Below are positions 34,359 to 47,342 of a stretch of 53,989 nt of DNA, piece after piece (the stretch's first letter is position 1; every line of letters starts with the position of its first letter). The stretch lies in NCBI GenBank assembly GCA_001687465.1, contig LVLI01000363.1, forward strand, positions 1-53,989. Direction: 5' to 3'. The notes beneath the pieces were generated by a model, which was not told the origin of the DNA, ran no database searches, and saw only the letters and a list, made by a program, of their open reading frames with translations. The DNA is from Halocafeteria seosinensis (taxonomy: Eukaryota). The position numbers and the translations under genes are program-made.

Positions 34359-35483
34359 ATGCAAAGGTTTCTTCCACAATTGGAGGAGATTCTCCTCCGG
34401 GATCCGGGATCCCGTGGGATCGCGGCTCTGGCGTGTCCTGGGCATTTATATCGTGCGGCGCATTCGTTCTGGAATTCTCCTTCGGTGCTGGTTCTCACCG
34501 GATTCCCCTGCTGCATGGAACACATCCCTCCGACAGAAAATGACGGCATTTCGGGTGCCTTCGCTATCGCACGCGCTGCTTCTTTATTGGGGAAGAAAGT
34601 GACAATTATCACGGATCAATGCAATGAAAGCGTTCTTCGAGCGTGTTTGGCCGAGAACTCATTTTTTCAACGGCATCCGAGTCAACCGGAAGATCAAGCA
34701 CTGCCACATGCACGTTCTCTGGTGGATGAACCTTCCGACATTGAATTGAAAGCGTTCCCGGCCGCTTCATCGTGGACGAAAACGGAGGATCGAGAGCTCC
34801 GGGAACTCGCATCCATACACGAATGCTACATTGCCATCGAACGTGCCGGGCGTGCTCGAGATGGAAGTTGGTATACCGTAAGTGACCAGTCTCCTATGCA
34901 TGTCGATTTGCTCTGAGTTCATCTGTCCACTGTGGCATCGCAGATGAGTGCCAAAAAGATGGATCGATTCATCGCTCCAATGGACCCTCTCTTCGAGTCT
35001 CTAGCTGAGGAATATGGAGCCCATACAATTGGCATTGGAGATGGTGGAAATGAACTTGGGTATGTCTCCTCGTTCGATATATTGGGTAGTATGTGACTGA
35101 GTTGCTTATTTGACACTGGTGGCAGGATGGGTACAGTGGAAGACTCAGTTCGAGGGCACATTACACACGGCAAGACGATTGCATGTCGTGGCAAAGCTGA
35201 AGCTCTGATTGCGGCAGGTGTATCGAATTGGGGAGGATGGGGGCTTTTAGGTGCTGCTTGGCTATATGGAGCTGAAACTGAACACGCGAAAGAGAGCAAG
35301 GGTCTCTGTCCTTTACTGCCTTCTCTGCTCCAGGAGCAGGCTCTGATGTTGGCTCAAGTCGATGCTGGGGCCCGAGATGGTACAACAGGGCAAATAGGAG
35401 ATTCTGTGGATGGTCTGCCTCGAAAAATTCATGAGGATGTACTGCAATCGATACATTCTCTTTCGATGAAACAAGAAGCATGA
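34359..35483 (+). CDS. DUF4392 (D-glutamate cyclase C-terminal-like) protein, 3 exons
   Basis: DPGSRGI, VLVLTGFP, ENDGISGAFAIARA, IAIERAGRARDG.WYT|M, TIGIGDGGNELG|MG, LIAAGVSNWGG and VDGLP. Introns at about 34878-34943 and 35060-35126. Confidence 0.88.
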
Positions 35484-37813
35484 TGACTGAAATCCGCCTT
35501 CAGAGTTCCTGACCAACGCAAGCTGGGCTCTGAGCCTCCAAATTGTCTAAGTTCAGAAGGACTGTTGTGTCGTGATCCATATGGAGCTACACAGAGTGTT
35601 TGTTCCGCGTTGCTGGCAATCGAATAGCATCAATATTCGGCGAGTCAGGACTGATGGCACTGAGGTGAGACCCAGGAGCTACATCCCCAGTATGACGACC
35701 CTACTGGCTGGCTATATGTCTGCGTTGGCTAGCCTATGTCAAGTATCGGATTCAAAGAATTCTTTGGCATTGCACTTTGGAATTCCAGCCCGAACTGACT
35801 TCCCATTTCAATCCTCAGTGTGAAGTATCACCAAGAATGATTGGTCTCCTGTAATACTGCGAGACTACTACTCTGTTGCCCTGCTGCAACGGCAAGGAAA
35901 GAAACTGGAATCTGGAGACGACAGGCAATTTTCACAACGTTAAGTCGTTTTCTAAGTAGCTTCATTCTTCAAGACTGCAAAGCGGTAGCCAGAATACCCG
36001 GTCGCATTTGAATTAGCCCACTTGATGGCCTATGGAGATCCGGCAGAAAACGACCCGAAAAAAGCCAGTGCTGTTATACCAGAAATCACGAGTCTCGAGA
36101 GTGCTGGAATCGGTATGAGTCCAAGAGCCGCAATTTGCTTATTTTGTTGTGCCACGTCAGCCACCTAGCTGCCTGAGAATTGCCCCCAATGCTACGTCGA
36201 TTTACTGTAATAAGATGCACTTGACCATTTCACATAAAACACCATTTATTCAAGTTCCATGTTTGTTGTATTCCGAAGAGTTCTTACCTTCGATTCAGGT
36301 CACCAAATTTCTAGCGGCATGGGAAGCATCGGTTCCGAGCGGGCGGGGAAGGTACAGCTGTCCGTCTTCCGTGTAACTGGAGATACTTGCCACACTGTAC
36401 GCTATCCGGATGCTGTGCTTTGTGTTCGCATTTTCCAGAAAACTTCCTTTCATCGCATGCGTGAGCAGGGAATTGTAACTGCATTGACGTCAGACGTAGA
36501 AGTTACTGTAAACGCGCCTCATCTCCGTTCAAGTCGCGACTCATTTAATAGAACAGTCGGCACGATGCATCCTCATAACTTTATGCTACCTGAATATTGG
36601 ATAATGGATACTTGATGACGAGCTCTCAGAGTGTCCTATTCGATTTCTCTCCTAGAACATCGAATCTTTCAGCCGGGGACAACTTGAACCGCAGTGTTTT
36701 GAGAGGAAGGTTGACCGAGAAAGCCATCCCGAGACGGAGGACTACAGTCCACCTGCAAGAGAGCAGTAACCGCTTGCGACCTGCACGAGTTTCGAGAGAG
36801 AGGCCGCAGGGGGAAATTCTTTTCTACATTACTTACATTTTTTTGTGTTGATGGTCTGCCTAAATTCGTTGATCAACGTATCCCACCACCAACAGTAAGT
36901 ACTAGGTGCGCCTATGCACGGGTTTCCCCGAAAATGCATCTTAAGAAGGGTAGAAGCGTCAGCTCCCCTTGTTTTTCTCGGCCTTTCTGGTTCGGGCGAG
37001 AACACGCCGGCAGAGAGTCGAAGGGGGATCTCTCGCCAGAATCTCTTCTTCTCAGCCCGCTTTGACCCCAGTGGGGGGAGGTGGAGCTCCAGCGAAGGGA
37101 AGGCCACTGAACCTGCCTCCGAAGTACTGGGGAGGCTGACGTATTCCACCGTAATGTCCTTTCTGCCACCGTGGAACTTTGAGAGAAACCTCGCGAAGTC
37201 GCACAGACAGAGCGACATACTTTTTTCTCTATCAGAGAGCAGGGGACCGAGCCCCCTGGACATGCGTTTGCTGGAGAGCTATGTGTCTCGCTTGATAGCG
37301 CGCGATGGAAGGGAGGAACATCGTTCCTCGAGTGTGGGGTGGCTAAATATGCGGCAGGCTTCTTAATGTTTCCCTCGGGCCGACTGGCAAAGCCCGGCGA
37401 CAGGAGCGGCACGAGCGGCACGAGAATTCCCCCCCGATTCCTGCACCAGCCAAACGTTCCTTGACCACGTTTTCAGTAGTCCACGTTTTTAGGGGAGAAG
37501 GGAAGAGAATGCGTCACACCGTGGAGGAAGAAGTGCGATGGCTTACGCTGACTAACACTAGCCCGTCCCGCAGCCCGGGAAACTTTGTTCTGCATCTTGT
37601 CCTTTGTCGCATAATGTGGCCTTAAACGACCGCTCTTGGCTGGAACCTGTTATTCGACATTGTCCAGTTTTCCGTCCGTCATGCTCTTCCCGGTCTTTGA
37701 ACTGTGGCGTGTATGCGTGTATTAACTGCTTGTGGGTTGCAGAACACGGTGTCAGTCAATTCTCCACTTCCAGCGTGTGTGCGATTAAACCTTAAAAAAG
37801 TAATTCGAGAAGT

Positions 37814-40312
37814 ATGACGACAACTACCGAAGCGCCCGAAAGGCGTAACCATGAAGTCCATCGTGAGAGAAGGACCAAAACAATATCGGAGAAGGACAGG
37901 GAGGAGCCGATTCCCAAACTGTTTTCCGTCGGTCCCGCAGTGACTGGAATGCTCGATGATCCTCCTGATACATTGCCTTCCTTTGTCGTCGAAAACAGCG
38001 GGGCGTGGATGTGCCGAAAGTATGTGCAATAGACCAATTTAATTGTGGCATTGTTTGTATCCCTAGACAAGCACCGCTTTACTTACACCGTATTGCGGTT
38101 TCTCAATCACAGATGCAAGGGGCGGAAATTCTTTGAAGCCAATAATCATCGCGTGTTCTTCTACGACGGAAAATGGAGAAGGTAAGATTTTGTCGACAAA
38201 AGAGGATTAATTTGTTGGCTTGATTCTGTCTTGTTTCCTGACCTTCAGACGTTGTGCTCCTTGCGCATCCAAAGTGCGCCAGCGGCAACGGCAGTTGAAG
38301 CGGTCACGTGACTCTCAAGAGGCTCCTGGCGCTCCTGCCAGCGCTGAGAAATCTGACATTCCAATAAGTAAGTGCTTGACTTCTCTCCCCTTCATAAGTC
38401 GTTAAGAAAATTTCGGACGATCTGGATACTTCATCCCGCAGCTGAGTTCTCGACTGACCCGTATGATCGCGTGTTTCCTGTGAAATCCATGTTTTCGCAA
38501 AAGTCACACAGCCCGATGGCTCCTGTTCGGCATAGTGTGCTTCATATCCCAGTGAGCGACATCGTTGCAGCTCCTAATGCAGTTGAGATTCGCGAGAATG
38601 CTAAGAAGCATGTTAACTTCTACGGCCCACTCACCTCGTTGTGCTATAAGACCGCCGAAAAGACGGTGGGAGGGGCTATCTATGACGTATTCCCATACGC
38701 AAAACTGGAGATATCTCCTTTGACGACGAAAAAGTTTTCTGTCTGCCTTTCAACAATGTGCGATGCCCAGCAGACAGAGTCTTCGGTTACCTCTGCTGAG
38801 GAAGCAGGTTCTTCTGTAAGCGAAGAGCCGACAGCTTCATTTGTTCTTAGATGGGATCGAAGTACCATTCAAGTATGTCGGTTTAGTTTAGTGTGTTTCC
38901 TAACGCTTTTTATTCATCGGATTTATATTCTTCCGATTGCAGCTCTGGCATGATCAGCAACCGCTGGTGAGCGCCCAGTTAGCCGAAGTTAGCAGCAACA
39001 TCAGAGGTGCGCCTTTGTGTACAACAGTGAGATCAAATATTGAGAGTCTTCGCATGGCAATTGTTGGTATGTCCTGCTGCTCTCCCGATATACGGGGTCA
39101 CGTAAGCGCTGTATTTGTTTTTCTGTCGTTGGACTCGCAGAGAATCAGGCATCAGTAGAACCGTTCGTACATCGTGTTAATGTCACCGACGTAGCACCGC
39201 CCGAGTCCGGCAGAGTTAGTCAATGGAACACCAAAGCACTGTCGATCGAAGGAAGGGATCTAGATACCGCATCATCAGTCAAGGAAGACTATCACGAGGA
39301 CTACTGGGCAGTGTCAGCACTGAAGAACCTACAGAATTCGTCGTCTCCTTCCGACCAGCACCACCCTTCTTCGGCCTTAAAGCCTATTGTTCAAAGTGGT
39401 GATGAAAATCTTGCTCTTTTGAGTCGCTCGCCCTCTCAATTGCTGTGTACTTATCCCCATTCGTCTGAGTATCTCAGCGTTTGGGTGCCTCGCCGTACTG
39501 TGCGGGATGGATTTCAACACGAGGCCGTTCCGCATATTCAAGTGCTTGATACGTATGAGAAAGTTAATATGAGAGATGCTAAGGAACTACTTGGTCCTCT
39601 GAAAGATTGGACCGTGAGCAATTTTGTCAGGTGCCCTACTTCGGGTCCTCATGAACAAGCACCTGCCCCTGTTTCCATGAGCCAGCAGCAACCGGTTGGC
39701 CCACCGATGAGTGGGAGTGTCTCGCACAGTATGTACAGTAATGGGGCAGCGTCGTTGCCGATGCAGCATCAGACTCCGGTATCAGTCTCGGGCTACGCAT
39801 GGCAGAATGGTTATAACGCAAACCCTTCGGTCCCCATGCAGAGTCACTCAGCAGTTTCAGTTTGCGGCCGCATGGATCCTCCCAGTACCTCTAGAAATGT
39901 GCACTGGCAGAACGCTGATAGTGTTTACTACGCATCAGCTGCCCCATCTCCCAGTGGACAATACGAGACAAGTATGCCTTCCACAGGGACACCCAGTACC
40001 GTATACCAGTATCCTCAGCCTCAGTCCGTTCCCGCAGTACCGAAGGAGACTGCTCCAAGTCCAAGTGATAAGATGGACACTCATTTCGGACAGCCGATGG
40101 TCGTGTATGGTCAATATGCATCTCCTGCTGGGAATGGAGGACCATGTTACGTGTACATGGCAGCTCCTCCTGCCGGCTTGGTGTCACGCACTTACCCTCC
40201 CGCATATTTCCCGAAAGTTTCCCCTGCTACAAATGCGCCCGTCTCTCAAAACGGAGGTAGCACCTTTCAGATGCTGCATACGGGCATCGCTGCTGCACAC
40301 ACGAGTGCTTAA
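37814..40312 (+). CDS. Unassigned family, paralog C (with Q/P/S-rich C-terminal insert)
   Basis: LDDPPDTLPSFVVENSGAWMCRK|CKGRKFFEANNHRVFFYDGKWR|RRCAPCASKVRQRQRQLKR; DPYDRVFPVKS; VGGAIYDVFP; LRWD; SVWVPR..DGFQHE; KELLGPLKDWTVSNF; a long P/Q/S/Y-rich region; YPPAYFPK. Confidence 0.87.
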
Positions 40313-41029
40313 CGAGAGGTAGAATCCAAACAGCGAAACTAGTACTTTCAATTCACAACCGGAGAGGGAATCCGGCCAGATATTGAATAGAATAGAATAT
40401 AATAGAATAGGTTAGATCAGAGTAGACAAACTAAGCTTATTGATGGCTAAGTAATGAATTCATACGCGGTACATATAGTACTGCCTTCTCAGAAAACGTG
40501 AATCAATTGTAGGTAGCATTGAGTGTATACGTCAGATTGTGGATTCCACCCAGTCTTTCCGCAGCGGGCACGCTGATTCTCACTAAATCGTTTACCATGT
40601 GCTTCCCATCACAGTCTTTCTGAAACTCTTTCAGAGCCACAAGATTGTATCAACTGCATTTCCAGCTGGAAAAACATTTCTTATTGCATGATAGACTGTG
40701 TGTCGTTGTGTAGCGGACGGCAACTGCGATTTTCGCATTTCCGAAGTCGCAACCTATCAACCTTCGGCCGTGTAGTAACTGTAAAACCTTATTCTGACGG
40801 ACCGCAATCGCTTCATCCACTCCACACAAGTTGGGAAGCACAGTCCATAAGCCATAAGAAGTAGCACCACTGAACAAATCGAACAATTTGAATAAGCTCG
40901 TTCCGAGAAGCTGTTGGTCGCTTCAACACCCCACCACCGGATCGGTGACAGCAGTCCTCTATAGTAATTCCAGGTTGCAAGTGTCATGTTCAAGGACAAT
41001 CGTTCAATAGTTTTGTTGCACTGGATTCT

Positions 41030-41900
41030 CGTCACGGGTACCACAGTGAGCCGATTCCGACATCGCAATTTATCGTATGTTCCGATAAATCATCCGTTAG
41101 CGAAAAGAACGTCACGTTGCGCGATACCTCAGTGGCTATTGCATGCTGAACACCCTTTGGCGAACCGTAAAGAGGAGAAAATGTTGCCGACACACTTGAC
41201 CTGAAGAACAATGGTGTCTCTTGAAAACTGAAACTCATTGACGGGGAGGCTGCTGGCGTCCGTCTGGCGCTTCCGGAAGAAGTGAATGGGGACGGAAGGG
41301 GAGCCGACGGTGTGGTTGAAAGTAGCTGAGGGGTAGCACTTCTTGAGGTCGTTCCGCTAGCGGATGGAAATGGGGATATGCTTCCTGAGTTGGACAGAGA
41401 TGCTGTTCAACAGCCGCTGTGGGTGAAGGACCCCCGGGTGTAAGAGCTGGTCACAGTCGCCGTAGACGAAGTTGTAGCAGTACGTATGGAATTCGAAAGC
41501 ACAGAACCGCTTCCTTTCGTGCTTCATATGACATTTTCTCACCTCTATATGCCGACAAGTACGTAGAGTTGGCCTCGTATTTCACGCAGCCTGCCCGTGC
41601 TACGAGTCGCATTTAACTTGTTCCGCTATCATTGCCTACTAGCGAGGCGGTGCGCCAATCAAGTCATCACGACCCTTATACAGTGAATACTTCACCTTGA
41701 TTCTACCACTTAATTCAGCCAATATGCTTCTAATGATTCCTCCTGCTTCTGAGTTCCGGACTACGATTTTGGAACCCTACGCAACATGCTTTAAGACTTT
41801 CCATCATAAGCATATAGCTTCCCGTAATATTTGTCAAGCTGTTCAAGTTGCCTATTGGCTTTACGTTGTTTCTTTTTTCGGTGCCCACCAAACTGTCTGA
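41030..41900 (-). pseudogene. Decayed GLUG-like family copy (3' part)
   Basis: Minus-strand peptide EAGGIIRSILAELSGRIKVKYSLYKG (~41660-41760) matches AGGILGSIHDEATGAVQVTYSVYQ of paralog 2. It is followed by a frameshifted S/T/P stalk. Boundaries approximate. Confidence 0.55.
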
Positions 41901-42427
41901 AGGTGCAAAAGCCCTATTGTAAACGGAGTAACCAACTTCAATACTACCTTCAGCATTTTGACTTTGCACAGCAACAATAGAAAGAATAGTGCGGCCGTTT
42001 TTCGGGAGGAAGCTCCATCAGCATTGTTCGTGTGTTGGTGGCACTCGCTGCGTGCTAATAAATGGACGTGTTCTCTTACGCAACTTAACCCCAAAGTCGT
42101 CTGAGAAGGCAACGATGTTTCTTATACAATTTACTGGCACCGAGTCAAGAACACTGCACGACCGCATTTGTGTCTCGGTGCGGGGTGGCAGGCAAGTGAG
42201 GTGGCAGATGCGCTGACGTGGTTCTGGCCAGTATTTGTCTGTCACCGACATCCGCTGTGTAGCAATATTCCGATTCGGTTCTTTACATACGATGGATGAA
42301 TGATATACAAGTAATTTAGGCACCCTTCATTTTCATGGAGTCCGTTGCAACTTCCAGCGCCGTTCCAGAAGTGCGACCAACAGCCAGGAGTTGCGACGGA
42401 TCCAGTGTGATCGCATATACATCATAA

Positions 42428-43544
42428 ATGCCAGCAGCTTGGAATGTAGTGACAAAAGGGAAGAGCGCATGCAGGTACATATTGACGCACACCCTGGAAC
42501 TGTTCATTCGCTCAAAAGACCATGGTACACGGCAGAAGTGGAAGATGGCTCGGATGCTGCTGTTGTGGATTCTCAGAACGGGAATATGACGAACTTTTGG
42601 AGTATTTGGAGGATGACAGCGATTCACAGGGTGACATTGAGGGCGTTCGACAGATTTTAAAACCGTATCCGAAGGGCTTCTGCAATTCTATCAAATATCT
42701 GGTAAGTAAGGCGGTGGCTTCAAACAATGCGACCTCGGGCGTGGTTTCATGCACTGGATGTATGCATGCATATACAGAACGAGAGAACGCCTTTGCTCGT
42801 TGCGGCCACTGTAGGGAATACTGGAGCTGCACGCGTTCTTGTCTTGGAATTTGGGGCAAGTGTACGCGCGAAAGACTTTGTACGTCGGATGGACTCAACG
42901 GACATATTGCGGTGGCTAGAGTCTGGTACATCCATTACACTATGACTATGCAGAACGGATGCTTGGCATTACACAAAGCAGCGGAAAATGGGAAACTAGA
43001 AACGGTTAAAGCACTCGTCGAGGAACTCGGCTCTGAAAAAGATATTAACGCCGAAACACCAGTGAGTTCCTGTTTGCGCTATTCGATTCCTAGGTGCTGG
43101 GTCTTCGTCACCGGTATATATATATAACTTCCAGTTTCGCCAAACACCGCTCCATTTGGCAGCTCATCATGGGCATATAGAGGTTGTCCGACTCCTTGTC
43201 GAATCAGGTGCTGCTATTCATACCAAAGACAACGTAGGTTCTGTTGACATCACTCATGTAGATGTAGGCAATTGTTAAAGGACGTATCTGGACATTTGTT
43301 GCAGCGGAAAAGGACTGCTGAGGACTGTGCATCCAGGCAAGGCCACGAAGAGGTCGCCGAATACCTGAGAAACACTTTCGGGGAGGTATGAGTTACTCTA
43401 TTTCCATAGGGTTTGCTTAATATCTTGTCGAACCTTTTCCCTTTTATGCAGATTAGGACAATTGACAACCGAAATCATGACAACGCTTCATCTGGAACCG
43501 GTTTGCTCGCGAAGGCCAAGGACGAGTCCCATGAGAGTTCATAG
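42428..43544 (+). CDS. Ankyrin-repeat protein with N-terminal Cys cluster (multi-exon)
   Basis: Exons NERTPLLVAATVGNTGAARVLVLEFGASVRAKDF | NGCLALHKAAENGKLETVKALVEE | RQTPLHLAAHHGHIEVVRLLVESGAAIHTKDN | RTAEDCASRQGHEEVAEYL. N-terminal GCCCCG. Start either 42428 (with an intron) or 42522. Stop TAG at 43542-43544. Confidence 0.85.
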
Positions 43545-44221
43545 GTTTTCCAACGAGCTTCCGGGGCGTTCATTTTCTGGGTAGATGGTAGTGGGATCAT
43601 GCACAGGACAAGACTAGCGATATCGAATTGCAGATCGTTTAATTGGTTTTCTCGAAAACCTAGCGGGCACCGGAGAGTCTGGAACTATCTAGAAAAGTGC
43701 GATTTGATTGAAACGAGCTAAAGTCTTCTGTGAGAACCCCCGGATCGTCAGAAAAAGCAGGGTAAAGCATGGGAAGCAAGTAGTGCACGGTAGGATTTTT
43801 CGGTCATGGAGGACGCCCATCAGCGAAGCGCGGATGAACGGAACAGCGGAAAACTTGGCACAGCTGGCTACGAAGGACATGAAAAGCTCGAATTTGACGG
43901 TCCTCTAGTTCAAGACTGATACGTTTAGGCTCGTGTACTAAACCAGAAACATAGGAGCGCGTAGATGCTCTTGGTCCCATGCTTGAATCAACGTCCCACT
44001 TATGAACTTCATTGGAGGTGAATGGTGGCCCTCAATATCAGGAAGTACCTCGGATAAGTTCTCATGGATTCGTCGGCTTCAGCTTAGTGCTCTAAATAAA
44101 TTGCCCATCTCGCTGCTTAAGAGTTTTCGGGAATACTCTTTCTTAGCTAGCATATGCATACATGATTGTGAGGTGTTTAGATGGGTCTATCGATTGGCTT
44201 CAGTCTCTTTGCGTTTACGCC

Positions 44222-45700
44222 TTACCCGTCGACGGTGGTATTATCCATCATGGTTGATAGCGGCCGATGGACTGGTAGTATTCTCATCGTACTGAGAAAC
44301 CGAGAAGATTCAGATGGAGTGACAGTTGGTGTCAGTGAGGAAGAAGAACTTGAAGACGGTGTCGATGTACTGGTTTCAGTCCTTCCCGGTAACACTTGAT
44401 GAGGGAGATGGAGTCTTACTGACCGAAGATGGTGACGCTGTTTGAGAGGGTTCGAGATATTCGAACTCATTGGTTACCGGCACCCCAGCCCCACAATCGG
44501 CAAAGTTAATACCCGCAATTTCTGCGATATTTGCTCTACGATCAGCAACGCCCTCAGTTAAACTTGGTTGTTCCGGAACCACGCATTTGATGCGGACACG
44601 CGTGTGTACCCAGCTGGCATTGCTTTGCCCACAAGGCGGAATCTGCAAAAGAGTGCTGCGCTAACGATAAAATTGCTACCGATCACAGTGACCGTAGTTT
44701 GCTCATTTTTATAACCTTAAAGTGGATAATGGGCAGTCACATTAGGTGGTGCTGCAGAGATCAGTACTACGAGCTCCAGTACGGATACACCTTTTCCATC
44801 CCTTGCAACTATTCGCATCCGCTGAGTTTCGTCTTTGGATAGATCGTGAAGTCTAAGTAAAACGAACCTGTGTGGGGTTATTACAGGAGGAAAGTTTTTG
44901 CACGTGATTCCCTGGCGCTGTGAAGTCTTACATTATGACACGGTTCCTCGGTATCTTCGGCAGTCACTAGGAGCGTTGTGGGTCTTCCCGGAGGAAAACA
45001 TTGGGGGCATGTTGCTATTAATCCAAGGAGATGGAGACGTGAAAGTCGGAGGATGGACTTTCTCGCAAGAACACCCGCTTCCGCAGTCGCTGTTGCTAAA
45101 GCATGTTCTGCCACAAGTAGTATATGCAGTTTGCCCGTTGCAGAGCGCGGTGGGCAGTACAATGCACAAAAGGAAGTCGATACCGACTTTCGAATATCCG
45201 CCAGAGGCAACAACGTTTGTATACCACAGTTCGTTGTCACCACTGGCGATGCACGTCATTTCCCCAGCCGGACCCAACCATTTCCTTGCTGTTCGCTAGG
45301 CGCAATGTCAAAGGATCCATATCATCATCACCTGCATCGACAAAACCGTGATTTTCTCTCCTTCGATGATAGTTACGATAGGCATCATGGACGAAGCTGG
45401 AGGCGTATCCACCATACCGATATCATTGAGGTAAGGTCAACGTCAGCAAGATACGCCAACAGGAAGAGCCCCTGTATTGGATGGCACCAAGGCGGCAACG
45501 GTTTTCGAACCGCCACCGAAATGGACTTGCAGTGTTTGTTCGTGAAGGATATCTGTGTGTTACCTGAACTTGTCCCTCAAACTAATCCTCGCCTTCATTG
45601 ATGGAATCGATCGATAGCGCCGGAGAACTTTCATGCTCACCATCACCTAAATAAAAGCAGCAATAATCTCCATCTTTACCACATCTCGGTTCACCAAAAA
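44222..45700 (-). pseudogene. Probable decayed secreted Cys-rich/Ser-Thr-stalk protein gene
   Basis: Minus-strand pieces CGKDGDYCC (with an in-frame stop), TTCGRTCFSNSDCGSGCSCEK and SQTASPSSVSKTPSPS/TSTSTPSSSSSSSLTPT occur in shifting frames. Family not recognised. Confidence 0.35.
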
Positions 45701-47342
45701 ATGACCATCACCTGTTTGAAGCCAACACAATAGAAGATGAAACTACCATCTCCCAGGAAATGGGGCTTAACAGATACGATTGGAATTACTATGCAGTATG
45801 TAAGAACGTACCAGGCAATGCTACAGGTAAATCTCGCTGTGTGTGCGTCTGTCGACGACTCCCCGCCCGCTGTTCTGGGTTCTGTTCCTAAGGAGGTTCA
45901 AATTGAACGCTATTGTGACTGTGCTATTGATTTCCGAGCTTCGAAAATGAATTCCAACTGTAGGCATACCCGAATTCGAATATCACCCGACGTACTGTGT
46001 GCCCACCTTTCGCTGTCTTACACAAGCATGCATGAAAACCGGGAGGAAGAGAAAACTCTTCCTCACAGCACACTCTTGAACATTTTGAATAGGTCATGAA
46101 GAATGCTCAAGCAGCTCAACCAGACAACACTGACGTTATCGCAGACATTGTTGATTTGGATAGCTCTATCCATGGAAAGGACTCCAGGCTTGGTATTCTT
46201 TCGTTGTTGTTTCGTGCTGCATTCTCACCATAGAAGTCTACAGCTGTACATGTACATATGCTACTTCTATTCTCGAAGGAGCCCATTTGCTCCAGCTGAC
46301 TCAGTGTTGAGTTCTCTAACGCTTCTGATCACTCTTGCTTCTTCACTCCAGACATACAGGTACCGGTGGTTGAAATACATTCCAAGGACGTGTCTTCCGA
46401 CGGTCTACACTTGCTTTTCCGAGTTGGAATTTATAGGTATCTATGTGGTTACACGTGCTAGTAAAAAAAACTTGAGCCCCAAACAATTGAACTTCCTAGT
46501 GCATACCATTTACCCCTCCTGCTGGTTGCTCTGGGTGTCCGATTCAACTTTTGTCGCTCAACACGTGGATACTTCTTTTTTCTGCCAGCTATTCCCGGCT
46601 CTTTCTACCTGGTAGTTATTAGTTCGCGTAAATGAATGCGCTATCGTCATCCGAATAGTCCTTTATGCAATACCCTACGCTTCGTTATAACGTCATCGAT
46701 CTGAGCCTTCCACGCTGTCAACACGTGTCAGTCGGGATGAGTGTTTATCTAGATTACACCGACAATTGTAGGGTTCAAGAACCATATCAGCTACTACATG
46801 ACTTGACTACCAAAGGTTTGTCAGACACTGAGGTTAAACCTTTATCATTCTCGGTCGGAACTTGTCTGAAGTATACTGCACTGGGTCGGGTCAACTAACA
46901 GTGCTCAACTGCAACGAAGCGAACCATTTGGACCCCGGAACGGTAGTCCGGAGATTCAGATCTACTACTGTAGCATTTAGGCGCACACGTCATTTGCCAG
47001 CATTCAGGATCCAAACCGCTTCCACAAATATAATTAGTATCCAAAGGTGCATCAAAGTTGTAAGTGCCCTCTTTAATACCACAGGCAAACAAGAGTCGCT
47101 CGGGTGTGGGAGTGTAGGTGGGCTTGTTGGTGTTCTACGGGATGGTCTGCTGGAGGATACAGCTGTCTTACAACACCCCAGGATGTATCCATGACACTTA
47201 TGCAAGGACACATAAAGCAAATTGTTTATTTGTTGTCAAGCAAATAAGGCCTAGTAGTGGGAAAGGATCAATTCGTTACCTTCATTTTTCTTGTAAATTG
47301 TGTACCAGGTCCGGAGGGTAGAGAATCTGGAGATCCAGCATC

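Noticed and set aside
40383..40410. (AATAG)n run after paralog C
   Set aside because: Short imperfect microsatellite with no further structure.
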